Below are positions 12,201 to 23,513 of a stretch of DNA of 64,000 bases, piece by piece. The translations under genes were made by a program, and so were the position numbers. The stretch is from NCBI GenBank assembly GCA_051294905.1, contig CM119378.1, positions 8,308,001-8,372,000 of the forward strand, written 5' to 3'. The stretch's first letter is position 1, and each line of letters opens with the position of its first letter. This DNA comes from Botryllus schlosseri (Eukaryota). Under the pieces are notes generated by a model that saw only the letters and a list, made by a program, of their open reading frames with translations, was not told where the DNA came from and did no database searches.

Positions 12201-15200
12201 ACGATTTATCAATATTTAGAAAGTATCTAGCTAGTTGAATTATTTGAAATTAATCGGGAAACAATATAAAGTTAACGTTACGCGATAAAAGTAGGCCTAT
12301 TCCCAGATATATTGAGCGTGAAGTCAACATTTTACTAATTGAGTTCTGTGAACACCTTTTCAAGGACGATTCTAAATCCGTTGCTACTCACATAGACGTT
12401 TAATAATCTGTCAGAAAGCACGTTACGCAGTGAAAATCTACCACGGCACGAATTGAATTAGTGAGGGAAACATCACAGGACGCAGCCTCCGTTTGGCGAC
12501 TGTTCTGTCCAGTACTTATCCTTCCGCGTGACGTAGTTAACGAAATATAATACTTACAACAGAAGGGAAATGCATTCTATACTGAATACTCACTTTTTGT
12601 CATGGAAAAGGAGTCAGCGTGGCGATCCAAATTTGTACGCTATTGTACGCAGAATTCAGCAGCTATGTAGAATACTCTTCAATACACAGAACGAATCGTT
12701 CGATGAAAACACTGATTGGGAAGTAACTCCATCACGCATGTTTGCGTCTTTAACTTTTCATATAAGATTCGTGTTAAGGATTCATGCTGATATACTTGTC
12801 ATGAAACTTTAGGGCCATGAGGTGCTAATACATCTTCTGCATCATTCTACATCATCTGCTAGTCCATCGTCCAAAGTAACGTCCATTTACAATAACCTGC
12901 TAATACGCTGAAACTAATCTTTCAATCACTCGGTGACAGCAGACATGAGACCTTACCAGTTGATGGCACGCAATTGGTCGCGCGTACGTATACAATACAA
13001 AAGTCATCGACCTAATTCAACATTGTGAATTGTGCCTATCTCTGTAAGAAAGGCGGCATGTTAAATTTTTTGTGATAAAAGTAGGCTATTCCTAAGCTAC
13101 TGATCGATCTGTATATTCTGCGAATTCGGTAGCCTTTGGGAGACAAAAACCGACTTTTCAGACGCCAATACCGGGCCAACCCCGTGCCCAAGCCGTTGAA
13201 TCGGATATCATCGCGTTCAGTTCGACCAGAGGAAAACGGGGATAACTCTGTCGAACCCCTAAGACCAGCGGTTGTCGATCGGTATTTCGATCTATGTTCT
13301 GATACCGACCGATCGAAAAACCAACTGCGTAACCCGTATTGGCGTACCATCACGGGTTTTTGGAAGAAAACTTTTGTCTACGCGTCTCAGCCCCATTTCC
13401 CGGGTATCGTTGGAATTGTAATCGAATTACGCGTCTGCCGGTACCAAATTTATCCGGCTACGATATTCGGTTGGCGAGAAATCGGTGATTAAAAAAACTG
13501 TGAAAAAAGCGCTATACACTGTTTTTTGAAGGCCGATCCCGAGTCGGCTGAAAGTTCGATACGATCGTATCGGGTATCGGTCTACGCGGGGCCCGAAGAC
13601 GAACGCAGCGGTACCTCGTATGGCCCAGTGGTGTGAACGACCGAGACGGAACCTCGAAAAGCCCGCCTATGAAAAACGTGAACTTCTCGGATGATCCACC
13701 GATCCAGGATAATCCGAGGATTATAATCGAAAAACTCACATAACTCCGCTTCTACTGGTCGGAATTGAGTCAAATTTGGTTTGCATCGTCTTTGAAGACA
13801 GCTAAACAATTTCATGGGGTTGGCAGAAAAATTTGAATTCTTTTTCAAAATTTCACCTAATAAATTAAAATTTTTAATTTGATCTGCGGAGTCCTTTACT
13901 TGTTAGAATTGAACCAACTTTGGTGTGCAGTGTTCTTAGGGTAACCTGACAATTTAATAAGTCAATGGCTGGAATCCGAAATTTTACTTTATTTTTGAAC
14001 AGCCCTAGTGTACGTACGTACAGTCCATTTATGATCAGTGCGGGACTTGAAGCACAGGCCTGCAGGCATAGGCGGAGCCTGGAGCCTATTCAATCATATT
14101 ACGTCGCATGCCATGCAATACCTCGTTTACAATGATGATGACCCCCATTAAACGCCAATGTAATCAAGGAGGTTCGCAATTCGAAATGAAGATAGGTTGG
14201 GATTAGTTTATACAGGGTTTGGCGCTTTGGCCATGTTGATAATTGTAATTATAATTGATCGGGCAGGGTTATTACCAAAGGAAGTCATATGGGCGAATCG
14301 AAACCGTTAGTTGATTTGGCGGAGACAAATACTTTGTAAGTGGCCGGGATGGTAATATCTAGAGATATCATAATGAAATGCTATTGTCTCACGTACATTT
14401 CTACTTGTAAATGTACAGTACGAGTGCACAAGCACATACGTACATTTATGATTAGTGCGGGATTTGAAGCACAGGCCTGCAGACATAGGTGGAGCCTGGA
14501 GCCTAATAAATCACATAATGTCGCATGCAATACCTCGTTTACAATGATGATTATCTCATCATGCGCCAAGGTAATTAAGGAGGTTCGAAACCGCAACTGG
14601 CTGGTATCGCAACTGTGGATCATATCACTACGTTTTCTCGCGACGCTCTCACTAATTGAGTGGCCTTGAATTCGAGATCTAGACGTGTCTCCGAGTACAG
14701 GCGAATGTTGGGTTAGCTTTGCTGGATTTCAGGCGGTGCGTTCTCTTCGGTATCAAGCAGAATATTCATACACGCATCTGTTTAGAATTAGGTTTGACTA
14801 GTCTGACTATATGATGGATATACTAACCGACTCTGACTGCGACAACGAAGCATTTGATCCTAAGCCAATAAAGCTCGGAAGATATGTCTCTTATGACAAA
14901 GGTACGTACCATGTAATTCCGTATGATTACATGTATTTCAATATATCAGTGGTTCCTAATTATATATTAAACAAGTGTAAATAGTCTAGAGAGTATTAAA
15001 GGACAACAGAAAGGTGGTATAACAATCTTTCGATTAAATTATAATCGCAAATTTACATTTGACAAATACATCAAGGTACGGCTCGTTCGTTGGGCTTTCT
15101 GAGACATAGGGACTATACGCCATGTGTTTCGGTCATCGTAATTTATGTAAAATGTGTGTCATGTGCGTATACAATTATGCATAGTGTTGGTATGTTTCTT

Positions 15201-18200
15201 CCCTGTACCATCATGAATGATTCAGTTTACTGATATGATCATACAGCTTCTTATACGAGTAGCATAATATTAGTTGTTTCGCTTGAAGCAGGCCTACAGT
15301 AGGCCTATATCTATGTTGAAGTCGAAACTGGAAGTATTATCTCTACTCTTTACTCAACTATCAAATGTCTATACCACATTTCAGTTAATTTACTATTCGA
15401 ACAGAGCAATGATACAAAGTTTTAAATTATTGATCCGAGCCCGAAATAATTCCAATGCTGACGCCAAGTTTTGAAAACGAACCATTCATCATTATGTCTA
15501 TTATCAATTGAGTCAATTTGATGAGGAGTAATGTTTCGCAATGTTTCGATGATCGATGATATGGTATATTTCATCAAATAGCGTTGTTATCCACGTACAA
15601 TGTACATTGTGCAATATGTTTACGGTTTGTTGACAAGGATATTACGTGATGTGTTCGCTCCCTTATTACTACCGTGTACCATGAGCCAGGGGTGTCAAAC
15701 TCGAATTGCTTCGCCGGTCGGATTCAGACCTTCAAATCGCTCGCGGGGCGGACCAGTTACATCAATCAAAAATGTTACCTCAAAATCAACGCCTCAGTTG
15801 AGCACTTGAATACTCAATTATACAGCCCATGTATGATGCGGTTATACTCTATCAAACCCGTTATTCGCAAACAATATAATTTTTTCAAGTCCGTAATAGA
15901 ACCTAGTCCAACCTTTGACGACTTTGTTATTGTCGATCCGTCTGCAACAGTAATTAAAGGCAAAGTCGCTATTGCTCTTCGTTGATTTTAACTATGTTTC
16001 ATATCGATTTGGGGAACATCATTTCGTATGGTATATTTTGATGCTGTCATCTTACCAAGTTTCAAGACTATGACTTTATGACTAGCGCAGTAATTTCGCT
16101 GTCAAAGTCGAGCATCTAGTAAATCAGCCCGCGCCAATATATGGTCGACTTTGATAACGTAGGCCTACTTACTACTTTAATTATTGGGTCACAGCCTTAA
16201 ATCTTCATACAATGTTAGATGCCATCATGAAGATATACAATCCGAAGTTTTGCCATATAGGAAACAATCAAAATGTACACATACCAATACTGTTTTTCGT
16301 GAAAAATCAGTTATGCGGTAGGCTGAAGGTCAGGTGATTGCATCTTACACTGAACCAATTTTTGAGGGTGTGACTCGGTGATCAGGATAGTAATTTCGTT
16401 ATGATAGTCGAGTATATCAAGTACATCGCTGACCTGCCATCTAGGCTACCGCATGATAGATTTTTCACAAAAGCCGAAATTGCTATAATGCTATATGTAG
16501 GTTTTGAATGTGTTTTATCCCGCGGGGGATAACAAATATCGTATTGTATATTCTGATGGAGACATCTAGCACTGTATCGAGATTTAAGGCTGTGACTCAA
16601 TTATTACGGTAGCAATTTCGTGATTAAAGTCGCGTATGTCAGGGTGCGCGCTGATTTGGCATTCAGCCTGCCGCATAGCAGATTTTACTGCAAAAGCCAG
16701 TATTGGTATGTGTACAATTTAAATATATTTCATACGGCTATGGATAATCAAATTCATATTGTATATCTTGATGAAGGAATCTAATACTTAACCAAGTTTC
16801 AAGGGTGTGACTCTATAATTACAGTAGTAAGTACGTTATCAAATTCGCGTATCCAGGGTCTGCGACTCTGCGTGCGCTGGTCGACATTATATCGGCGCGC
16901 GTTAATTTACTAGATACTCGACTTCGACAGCGAAATTACTATGCTAGTCATATAGCCATAGTCTTGAAAATTGGTACAGCGCAAGATGACAGCATCAAAA
17001 TATACCATACGAAATTATGTCACTCAAATCGATATGGAACATAGTTAAAATCAACGAAGAGCAATAGCGACTTTGCCTTTAATTACTGTTGCAGACGGAT
17101 CGACAATAACAAAGTCGTCAAAGGTATCTGGGTCTGACAGTCACGTGGTTTTCCGAGTGTCCACACCACCTTTGAGTTCACGCTGGTCCAACAATCTCCA
17201 GTAATATAATGGCAAATACGGTGAGGTGTGCGCACTATAATGTGAATTATCTCGCAGTCATTTCTCGGTCATCATCAGCGAATAAATTTTCGAAGATTGA
17301 TTACCTTGTAAGGAAGGTATCATGTTATGGGCGATTGCACGCTACTCGAGAATTATTTATTTTGACACCTTCGAGTGAACTCAACCAACATCTCAAAATG
17401 ATACGATACATTTATATGATTGTAAAATTGTCTACAGCATCACATACATCTGCATGTAGCGTACCAGTTACTCACTGTTAATGTTGAATACAGTATGGGC
17501 ACTCCTTTTACCAAAACTATCTATTCAAATGCGACGCATCAGTCACTCTTGAATCTAAAATGACAGACAACACGATACATGATACATGCAACACGATAGT
17601 CTAACCTACGCAAATTCGTTTCATCACAGCTAATCGGAACAAGCATCTTTCAGATACTGTTGATAATGAAGATGATGTCAATGCCCGGAAGAGGCTTGGA
17701 TCTTCGCTACATATCATCAGTCAAAATGAGATGCAGAATGATAGAGGTGGCTCATGTGAAACACCTCCTATGAATAAAAGACTAAAATCACTCGATCGTC
17801 AATATAACGACGGAGAGGCTGGACCCAGTGGACATGAAGAGGGTGAGTTTACAATATTTTGCCACATTTCATTTTCAACATAAGTGTTCAACCTAATATT
17901 CTCATATTCAACAGTACCAAAATATATTGATGACAATTTATTAATTCGTAGTGGTATTACTATTCCAATACATTTATCGTTCTAGCATATAGGTACAATG
18001 TACATTGTACATGGTCGGTATAGGATTAGTGAAACGTTACACACAGAACTCCTCTATCCCGCAGGAAATGAATAAATACCTAAGGCATCATTTTTCAGAT
18101 TATGAAATGGACCCAGATGCGCACGAGGAACTAGACGAAGACTTTGAGGAGTCATGTATCAGTGAAGCTTCGGAATATGAGCCACAGTCTTCATCTTCGA

Positions 18201-21200
18201 CTACGGACAGTTTCAGTAGCGATGATGGCAGGGAAGAAGAGAAAACCCGGAAACCCGCAACATCTCAGCAAAAGTCATCCACTTCAGACTGTTGCGACAC
18301 CAATATCAACAGCAATAATGAGGCAGCCATGGATATCTCATGTGGCTCACAGTCATCAACGTGGGCTCCAGATGGTTCTGATTGTGAGTGGACAGACCTG
18401 GAAACCTCAACGCCAAAGAAGAAAGCTGTGACTTCAAGGATAAAGAAAAAGCGGGCAAGGCCGAAGAAAAAACCGGCAAGGCCATGCCTTTACTGCAAGA
18501 AGTTCCAAACGAAACTTAACCGACATTTAATAAATAAGCATCCTGAGGAAGATGAAGTCAAAGAAGCTCTGGCTTTAAGTGGAAAATTACGGCTCCTCAA
18601 ATTCGATTTATTAAGGAAGCAAGCAATCATGCAACACAACAAAAAAATGCTACAACTGCAGATGCCATTGGTCTGTGAAAGAAAAAGCCGTCTTTCCCAA
18701 TTGAAAATTTGCCAGAATTGCCAGGGTTAAACTTGGTTTCTCGTTTCAAGAGCGTCAAGAGCGCCATAGATGGACTCGTGAAGAAACAGCTGAAATCCTA
18801 AACAGATTCAAGGATGTAATTTATGAGGAAGGAGACAGCAACAAAGGCAGCTTGCCAGGTAGAGTGGAATGGGTTTGTTCGTTTGTGGTATTCATGGTGT
18901 TTGTCGACTACTATGGTCATTCCCCCCATAATTGCCGACTTTTAGCAGGGCCCACTTCTGGGCTTTTATAAGACGCCGCTTACAGGGATGAGATGGCGAG
19001 GGGGAATGTAAATTGATGCTGTGTGTTCGCGTAATATACATTTATTAGTTAGTGATCATGGCAGTGAAGATATCGATTTCTTTGGATCCTACTTCCGAGC
19101 TAGGCCAACCTTCGATGTTATATGATTTCTTCTGACCGTCGTCGTTGAAATACCATTGAACCTTACAATAGTTATATGCAGCTAGTTGCCCAAATTATAG
19201 ATTTAATGAAATATGCTCGTGTCTTTTTAGGATACAAAGAAATTGGAGAATTTGTGGAAAGCAGTGACATCCTGAAAGGTTTACCGGACATGCAGAGGAT
19301 AAAAATGGTTAAAACCAAAATCTTCAATGAGAGAAAAAGATGCCGCTCTGCACTGCATAAGGGGATGTCACAAATGCACGAATAGTCATGGACTATGACA
19401 TCAGACTTTCAGCACGTAGCGTCAGTGATCTCTAGCACTGACGACTGTAGATTACGATTGAGCAATTTCGTTTAGTACCTGGTGGCAATTTTAAATGTAC
19501 AATTCGTTTCATGATTTTCGTTGCATTCTCTTCACAACATTTTGTTGCGAATGTGTTTTGATAAATTGGTTTCGATCGCATGCTTCGAACTATTTCATTT
19601 CTTGGTGTGATTTAGCAGGTTGACATTGGTAGAATCGAACGATTTTTTGGCCGCTTTCAGCATTGGCTGGAGGATGCACCCATGGCTCACCATGGGGCGT
19701 AGCCTTATTGCTCGAGGTCCGAATTACTTAACAGTGAACAAGTTGGCGTATGGCTTAAAACAAATGAAAGTTAGCAATTATCAAGTGCCCAAGATTATCA
19801 CGAATCAAGATTCAATGTGATCTGCTGTAGGGTTTTTAAGAGAAACATGAATTTGGAGCGAAGTTTATACGGTAACTCCTTACAATTTGACGCGGCTATA
19901 ACATGGCGAGAGTCTGAGATCGGTTTAGAGACATGTTAAAGTGGTCTTTATTCGGTAATATTGGATCAAAAAGTGTACAGTGCCTTAGTGGAAAAATTGC
20001 CTCATACCTGCTAGTAGACTGTATGGTCCATGAGACGTTATACTTCCGAGGGATATAAGGGCTGCTTATATTAAACCGAATATATTTATTACCTAATTAG
20101 AACTTGGATCTGCTATCGCGACAGAGTAGCCACGGCTGGCCAACGAATGTCATAGTGATTTGGATACTAGCCGTAAAAAACTGGTGATCTAATCTGCAGC
20201 ATGGCCAACTGTAGCTTCTTATAAAGACACATGTTCCGTATTTTCACAGCAGTTTTCAAACGCAAATATGTGCGTGGTGAAATGGCGTGGTCATTGGTAT
20301 AATCCACAGCTGCAACACCAATGGGTTGTTGGTTCGAGTCCGGCTGAGGACGACACGAGAATTCCTACCCAAGTGTTGGAGGTTTATCTAGGCTCGTCGT
20401 CATCCTGTGATCCGCGTAAGCGGTGATTTATAAAAGCCTAGGAGTGGGCTGTGCTAAAAGTCGGTGAATAGGGAATCAAAAAATGAATATAGGCATACTC
20501 TAAAACTACGAAATTAGTCAAAACACCATGAATAAAAAACAAACAAACGGCGAATTATATATCGCGATCATCGATATCGTACAAGGATGACGTCGTGGAT
20601 TTCAAATAGTGACGTCAAAAGTGATTGTCATTGGTAAATGACTCTTTTGACGAAACTGGTTCCCGAACCTTGTCATATAATACGACGTCAATGTCCACCT
20701 TAGTTCAGTAACAGCAATGGTCATGGTCTGGTAATTCAAAATGGCGAATTGTCTCCCTAAGTAACGAATGTCCACTAAAGTGGTCTATTAGATATTGAAA
20801 AAGTTGGGAAAAATTAGGGCGACCGCAGTTGGAGGACATTTCGTGTATATTCTAAACGCTGCGATATAAACCGCAAATCACCAGTGACAAAGCGCGGAAT
20901 CGATATTCCAAAACCAATCGAGTTATTTTCAGACGCCTAGCTTGTCTCCTTCTGTTGGCGATAACTGTCGCCCAACTGCTTCAAAACAGGACTGTCCACC
21001 AAAGTAGTCTAATAGGTAAATATATATATATATCTATATACGTTATGAAGACACAGCGCTATACATACCTGATCTGGGAAATAGGGGCAAACCGATTGTA
21101 GCAAACATTTGTACATCCCGGTTGAAGTGTGTTGCATATAAATTGGCTCTGTTCATCGCTATAAACCGTGTCGCCGATACTAGCAACGATGATAATCCTG

Positions 21201-21354
21201 TCAAAACATCGCATGTTTGATTGCACACGGTCGTATAAGCGGACCTCAAAGTTTCATGCCTGAATATGAAGAAGAATGTAATCCACAGTTTACCGATAAA
21301 AGTTGAGTAATTCGCCACCCCTTCTAGAAGCTTTTCAAAAACGTGCCACGCCAT
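1095..21354 (-). CDS. Connexin (gap junction protein) paralogue A, 9 coding exons, 379 aa. Exons: 21260-21354, 21069-21197, 8023-8153, 7134-7274, 4039-4153, 3396-3531, 2267-2359, 2074-2195, 1095-1272
   Basis: Spliced by hand with consistent phases (1140 nt including stop). N-term/TM1 [32 protein letters not shown]; E1 [30 protein letters not shown] (C-x6-C-x3-C); TM2 [23 protein letters not shown]; TM3 [20 protein letters not shown]; E2 [25 protein letters not shown] (C-x4-C-x5-C); TM4; tail ending [12 protein letters not shown]. All introns GT-AG except intron 1 (GC-AG). Additional small loop exons cannot be excluded. Confidence 0.93.
2512..3302. mobile_element. hAT (Charlie-like) MITE, specific to connexin A intron 6
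   Basis: TIR CAGGGGTGGCCAACCT / AGGTTGGCCACCCCTG; exact 8-bp TSD ATCTATGA; empty site in B at approx. 28195-28205. Confidence 0.92.
7453..7904. mobile_element. hAT-like MITE with (TCTAAT)-type internal repeats, connexin A intron 3
   Basis: Ends GGACTTGGACAA / TGTCAAGTCCG; TSD GTTGGTGG/GTTGGCGG (7/8). A remnant of the same repeats lies at the orthologous place in B (approx. 33620-33800). Confidence 0.7.
9180..9204. repeat. (TA)n microsatellite flanking the large transposon; partner tract at 21021-21040
   Basis: Read directly from the sequence. Confidence 0.95.
10416..10574 (-). mobile_element. tRNA-derived SINE, truncated, same family as 22698-22963
   Basis: Reverse complement: A box TAGCGTAGCAGTG, B box GGTTCAATCCC, then GGGTCAGACCTAAGATTCGAAAACTGGTATCC; CT-rich tail. 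Confidence 0.7.
10600..10940 (-). repeat. Fragment of the CAGGGCCGTAAC hAT-like family (matches 45130-45470 and 57690-58030)
   Basis: Reverse-complement similarity, e.g. cgttggccattaccacgccacga vs tcgtggcgcggtaatggccaacg. Confidence 0.65.
13683..14007. mobile_element. Right half of the TAGGGCTGTTCAAAAA palindromic MITE family
   Basis: Matches 41110-41439 and ends tttttgaacagcccta. Confidence 0.75.
14015..14590. repeat. Direct duplication of a ~160-bp block (approx. 14015-14180 and 14437-14590)
   Basis: tttatga(t/c)..gtgcggga.ttgaagcacaggcctgcag.catagg.ggagcctggagccta...tgcaatacctcgtttacaatgatgat occurs twice. Confidence 0.85.
15687..15790. mobile_element. Truncated hAT MITE left end
   Basis: CAGGGGTGTCAAACTC terminus with GCGGGGCGG/GCCGG subterminal motifs; no matching right end found. 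Confidence 0.5.
15911..17125. mobile_element. Foldback-type element (~1.2 kb) with ~240-bp inverted arms and internal diverged tandem units; superfamily unassigned
   Basis: ACCTTTGACGACTTTGTTATTGTCGATCCGTCTGCAACAG... is inverted at 16880-17125. Inner arms 16225-16310 and 16690-16780 also pair. An accaagtttcaag..gtgactc motif recurs near 16055, 16355, 16575 and 16793. Confidence 0.8.
20271..20485 (+). mobile_element. tRNA-derived SINE
   Basis: A box TGGCGTGGTCATTGG, B box GGTTCGAGTCC; core ggaggtttatctaggctc shared with 23514-23720. Confidence 0.7.
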
Positions 21355-22697
21355 GTTGACAAGACGAACGCTATAAACTAATCCAGATATAAAATTTGAA
21401 CCACCTTATATTTGAGAGAGCTATATAAAAACGAAGAAAACCATTGAATGAGAGAAGTATTTGCGCCCAAAATTAACCTGCAGTTGCTTTATCTTCTCAA
21501 CCGAAGAACGTTTTACCCTTAAACGTGATTGCTCAATGGTCACCGCTCAGCTCAGTTACGTAATCGCCCAATGTTTGTTCGCCCTTACAGTATGCTCCTA
21601 TTCATATACAAAGTCAGTAAGCCCAATTAAGCAATTTGAGAAAAAAAATTATACTTGCTTCCAACGTAATACCAGTCCGCCTGCTCTACCCAAATCGTTC
21701 CATTCCATACGTTTTATCCGATGACGAGAACATTTCACTACCGTTACAACTTGTCTTTGCAACCGATTTTTCTGTTTACGGGATCGTGATCATGCCCTTA
21801 CCAGGATTTTTCGATTCTTCAAGGTTATATACAATTATACACACACGATATATAATCCTGTTCATTGGTTATGATAAGTTTCCTGCGTCTGTATGCAAAT
21901 TCGTACATTGATTACGGCAGGGTCGCCGGAACGGAAATCATGATATGAGAAGCATAATATATCTAGAAAGCGTGAGATAACTACGACTAGAAAGAACATT
22001 CATAAAGACTGAACCTTCCTAAATCTGTGTACGCAGGAGACTATCAAACGCACGAAATAATTTTTTTGAATGTCTGCCGGTCTGTCATAAACATGACAGT
22101 GGCAAATGTGTATCAGGGTTACATGTGCAGTGCATCCATATTGTCTGACATTTAAGAAATACAATATTTCAAAGCTGACACATATGATCCAGTCCTGCTT
22201 GTAATATTGCAACAATTCAATGTTTCTGTATTATTCACGAAGACTAACTGAGTGTGCAATTGTTACTGTTCCTAAGACGTTGTCAATATGGGGAATGCCA
22301 CAGTTTAGGATCCTTTTTGAGCTACCAATAGACATTTGTCATTCACTTGAGTCACTAAATCCGGATTCCTAAGTCCTCCAGCAACCTATGATAACAGTAT
22401 CATGCCAATGCCAGTATCACGGCAATAAACAAAGCTACCGAAAGTAGCTCTACGATGAGAACGCTGTTTCTCATGATCGAAAGCGAGATATATTCTCTCT
22501 CTTGCCAAGAAATCTTTTCTCATATCGCAAGGATGCTAAAAGTTCCGAATATTTATTTTCCAAGTCGCCCAAAGCCTATGTCAGATCATTTGACTTCTGT
22601 TGATGGACTACTCTATACGGTCTGAATCATCTTCGATTTCAAAATCTTCATCATTGGACCTGCTATCCCTAAGATCTTCAGCAAAATTGTGTAAACC

Positions 22698-22930
22698 GAG
22701 CAAAATAGTGTAATGGTGATGCGTCGGGCTACTTGATCGGTAGGCCGTGGGTTCGATCCTCGGCCGGGTCAGACCAAAGACTCGAAAAATGGTATCCGCC
22801 GCTATCCTGCTAGGCGCTCGGTATCCACGGGTAGCATGGAGGAGAAAAAATAGGGGGTGCTGACTAGATGACCTTACTGTCGTATCGCATCTCCGTCGTC
22901 CAAATCATCTCGATGGTGCAGACGAGACAG

Positions 22931-22962
<32 letters not shown>

Positions 22963-22963
22963 C
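22698..22963 (+). mobile_element. tRNA-derived SINE with (CT)n tail
   Basis: A box TAGTGTAATGG, B box GGTTCGATCC, body GGGTCAGACCAAAGACTCGAAAAATGGTATCC, (CT)n at 22936-22963. Confidence 0.8.
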
Positions 22964-23059
22964 TCATCTTGATCCAAACCTACCGTATAGAAGTATCACA
23001 CACTGGATAAGCGGAATGGGTCATTGAAACTACAGCTGATAGTAAATTTCATATTTATT

Positions 23060-23436
23060 TTCCTTGCCATATCCTGCGCAGTTTGCATCAAATACGTGTC
23101 TGAAATATCCTCGGATGATTGCATCCCCTAACCAAAAATGGGTGAAAGCATCGGCCTATATCGATACCAGTACCTTTATTCCTAATAATTCAATTGACCC
23201 CCTCGGCTATATAACTTATTATATGATAAAAGTATGGATTTTAAAATGGTATGAAGAAGTAATATGGCTAATTTCGTGAAAATTTGCATATTTTGGGCAT
23301 ATGTCGTAGAGCAAAAACTTGACGCGATAGTACAAAACCAGCGGTATTTTTGGAATCAGCACGCCAAAATTATTCTAAATCAAGTGCAAAATCAAAGTCA
23401 ACAAATTTTTAGTTCAAAATTTTTGCCCAGTGTACT
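23060..23436. mobile_element. Probable Tc1/mariner-type MITE remnant (right end TTTTTGCCCAGTG|TA)
   Basis: Terminus followed by TA; left end not found. Confidence 0.35.
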
Positions 23437-23513
23437 AGTATAGCGACGTTTTAGCGACGGGGTGGGCGTGGCTGACAGTTCGAAATTATGATTTCATTAA
23501 CTTTCCATTATAT

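Larger units (their letters stand above)
14811..19385 (+). pseudogene. Transposon gene remnant, probable tyrosine-recombinase (Crypton-like) protein lacking its catalytic middle. Putative exons 14811-14901, 17654-17842, 18099-18858 (frame break near 18725), 19231-19385
   Basis: Phase-compatible GT-AG exons give [13 protein letters not shown]..., an acidic/Ser-rich region, then [36 protein letters not shown]...[10 protein letters not shown]...CQNCQG*. In another frame this is followed immediately by [22 protein letters not shown]...SLPG|YKEIGEFV...[11 protein letters not shown]. Exons 1-2 are less certain than exons 3-4. Confidence 0.7.
9205..21020 (+). mobile_element. ~11.8-kb TIR-bounded DNA transposon, CryptonV/H-like non-autonomous deletion derivative, inserted in (TA)n in connexin A intron 2
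   Basis: Left end TTTACCTATTAGGCTACTTTGGGAGACA; reverse complement of right end TTTACCTATTAGACTACTTTGGTGGACA, with imperfect similarity extending to ~80 bp. (TA)n on both sides. Paralogue B joins the two flanks directly at approx. 39255-39290. The superfamily name is from motif recall. Confidence 0.85.

Noticed and set aside
13036-13848. GC-richer ORFs of 75-118 aa
   Set aside because: They overlap repeat-like, partly self-complementary sequence and a MITE half; no splice pattern or recognisable protein motif.
20271-20350. tRNA genes at 20271, 22698, 23514, 10500 and 42500
   Set aside because: A and B boxes are present but there is no complete cloverleaf, and SINE bodies or tails follow.
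21043-21259. C-terminal two-thirds of track ORF 21043..21354
   Set aside because: Read-through of intron 1 puts exon 2 out of frame; the connexin E1 sequence is in another frame.
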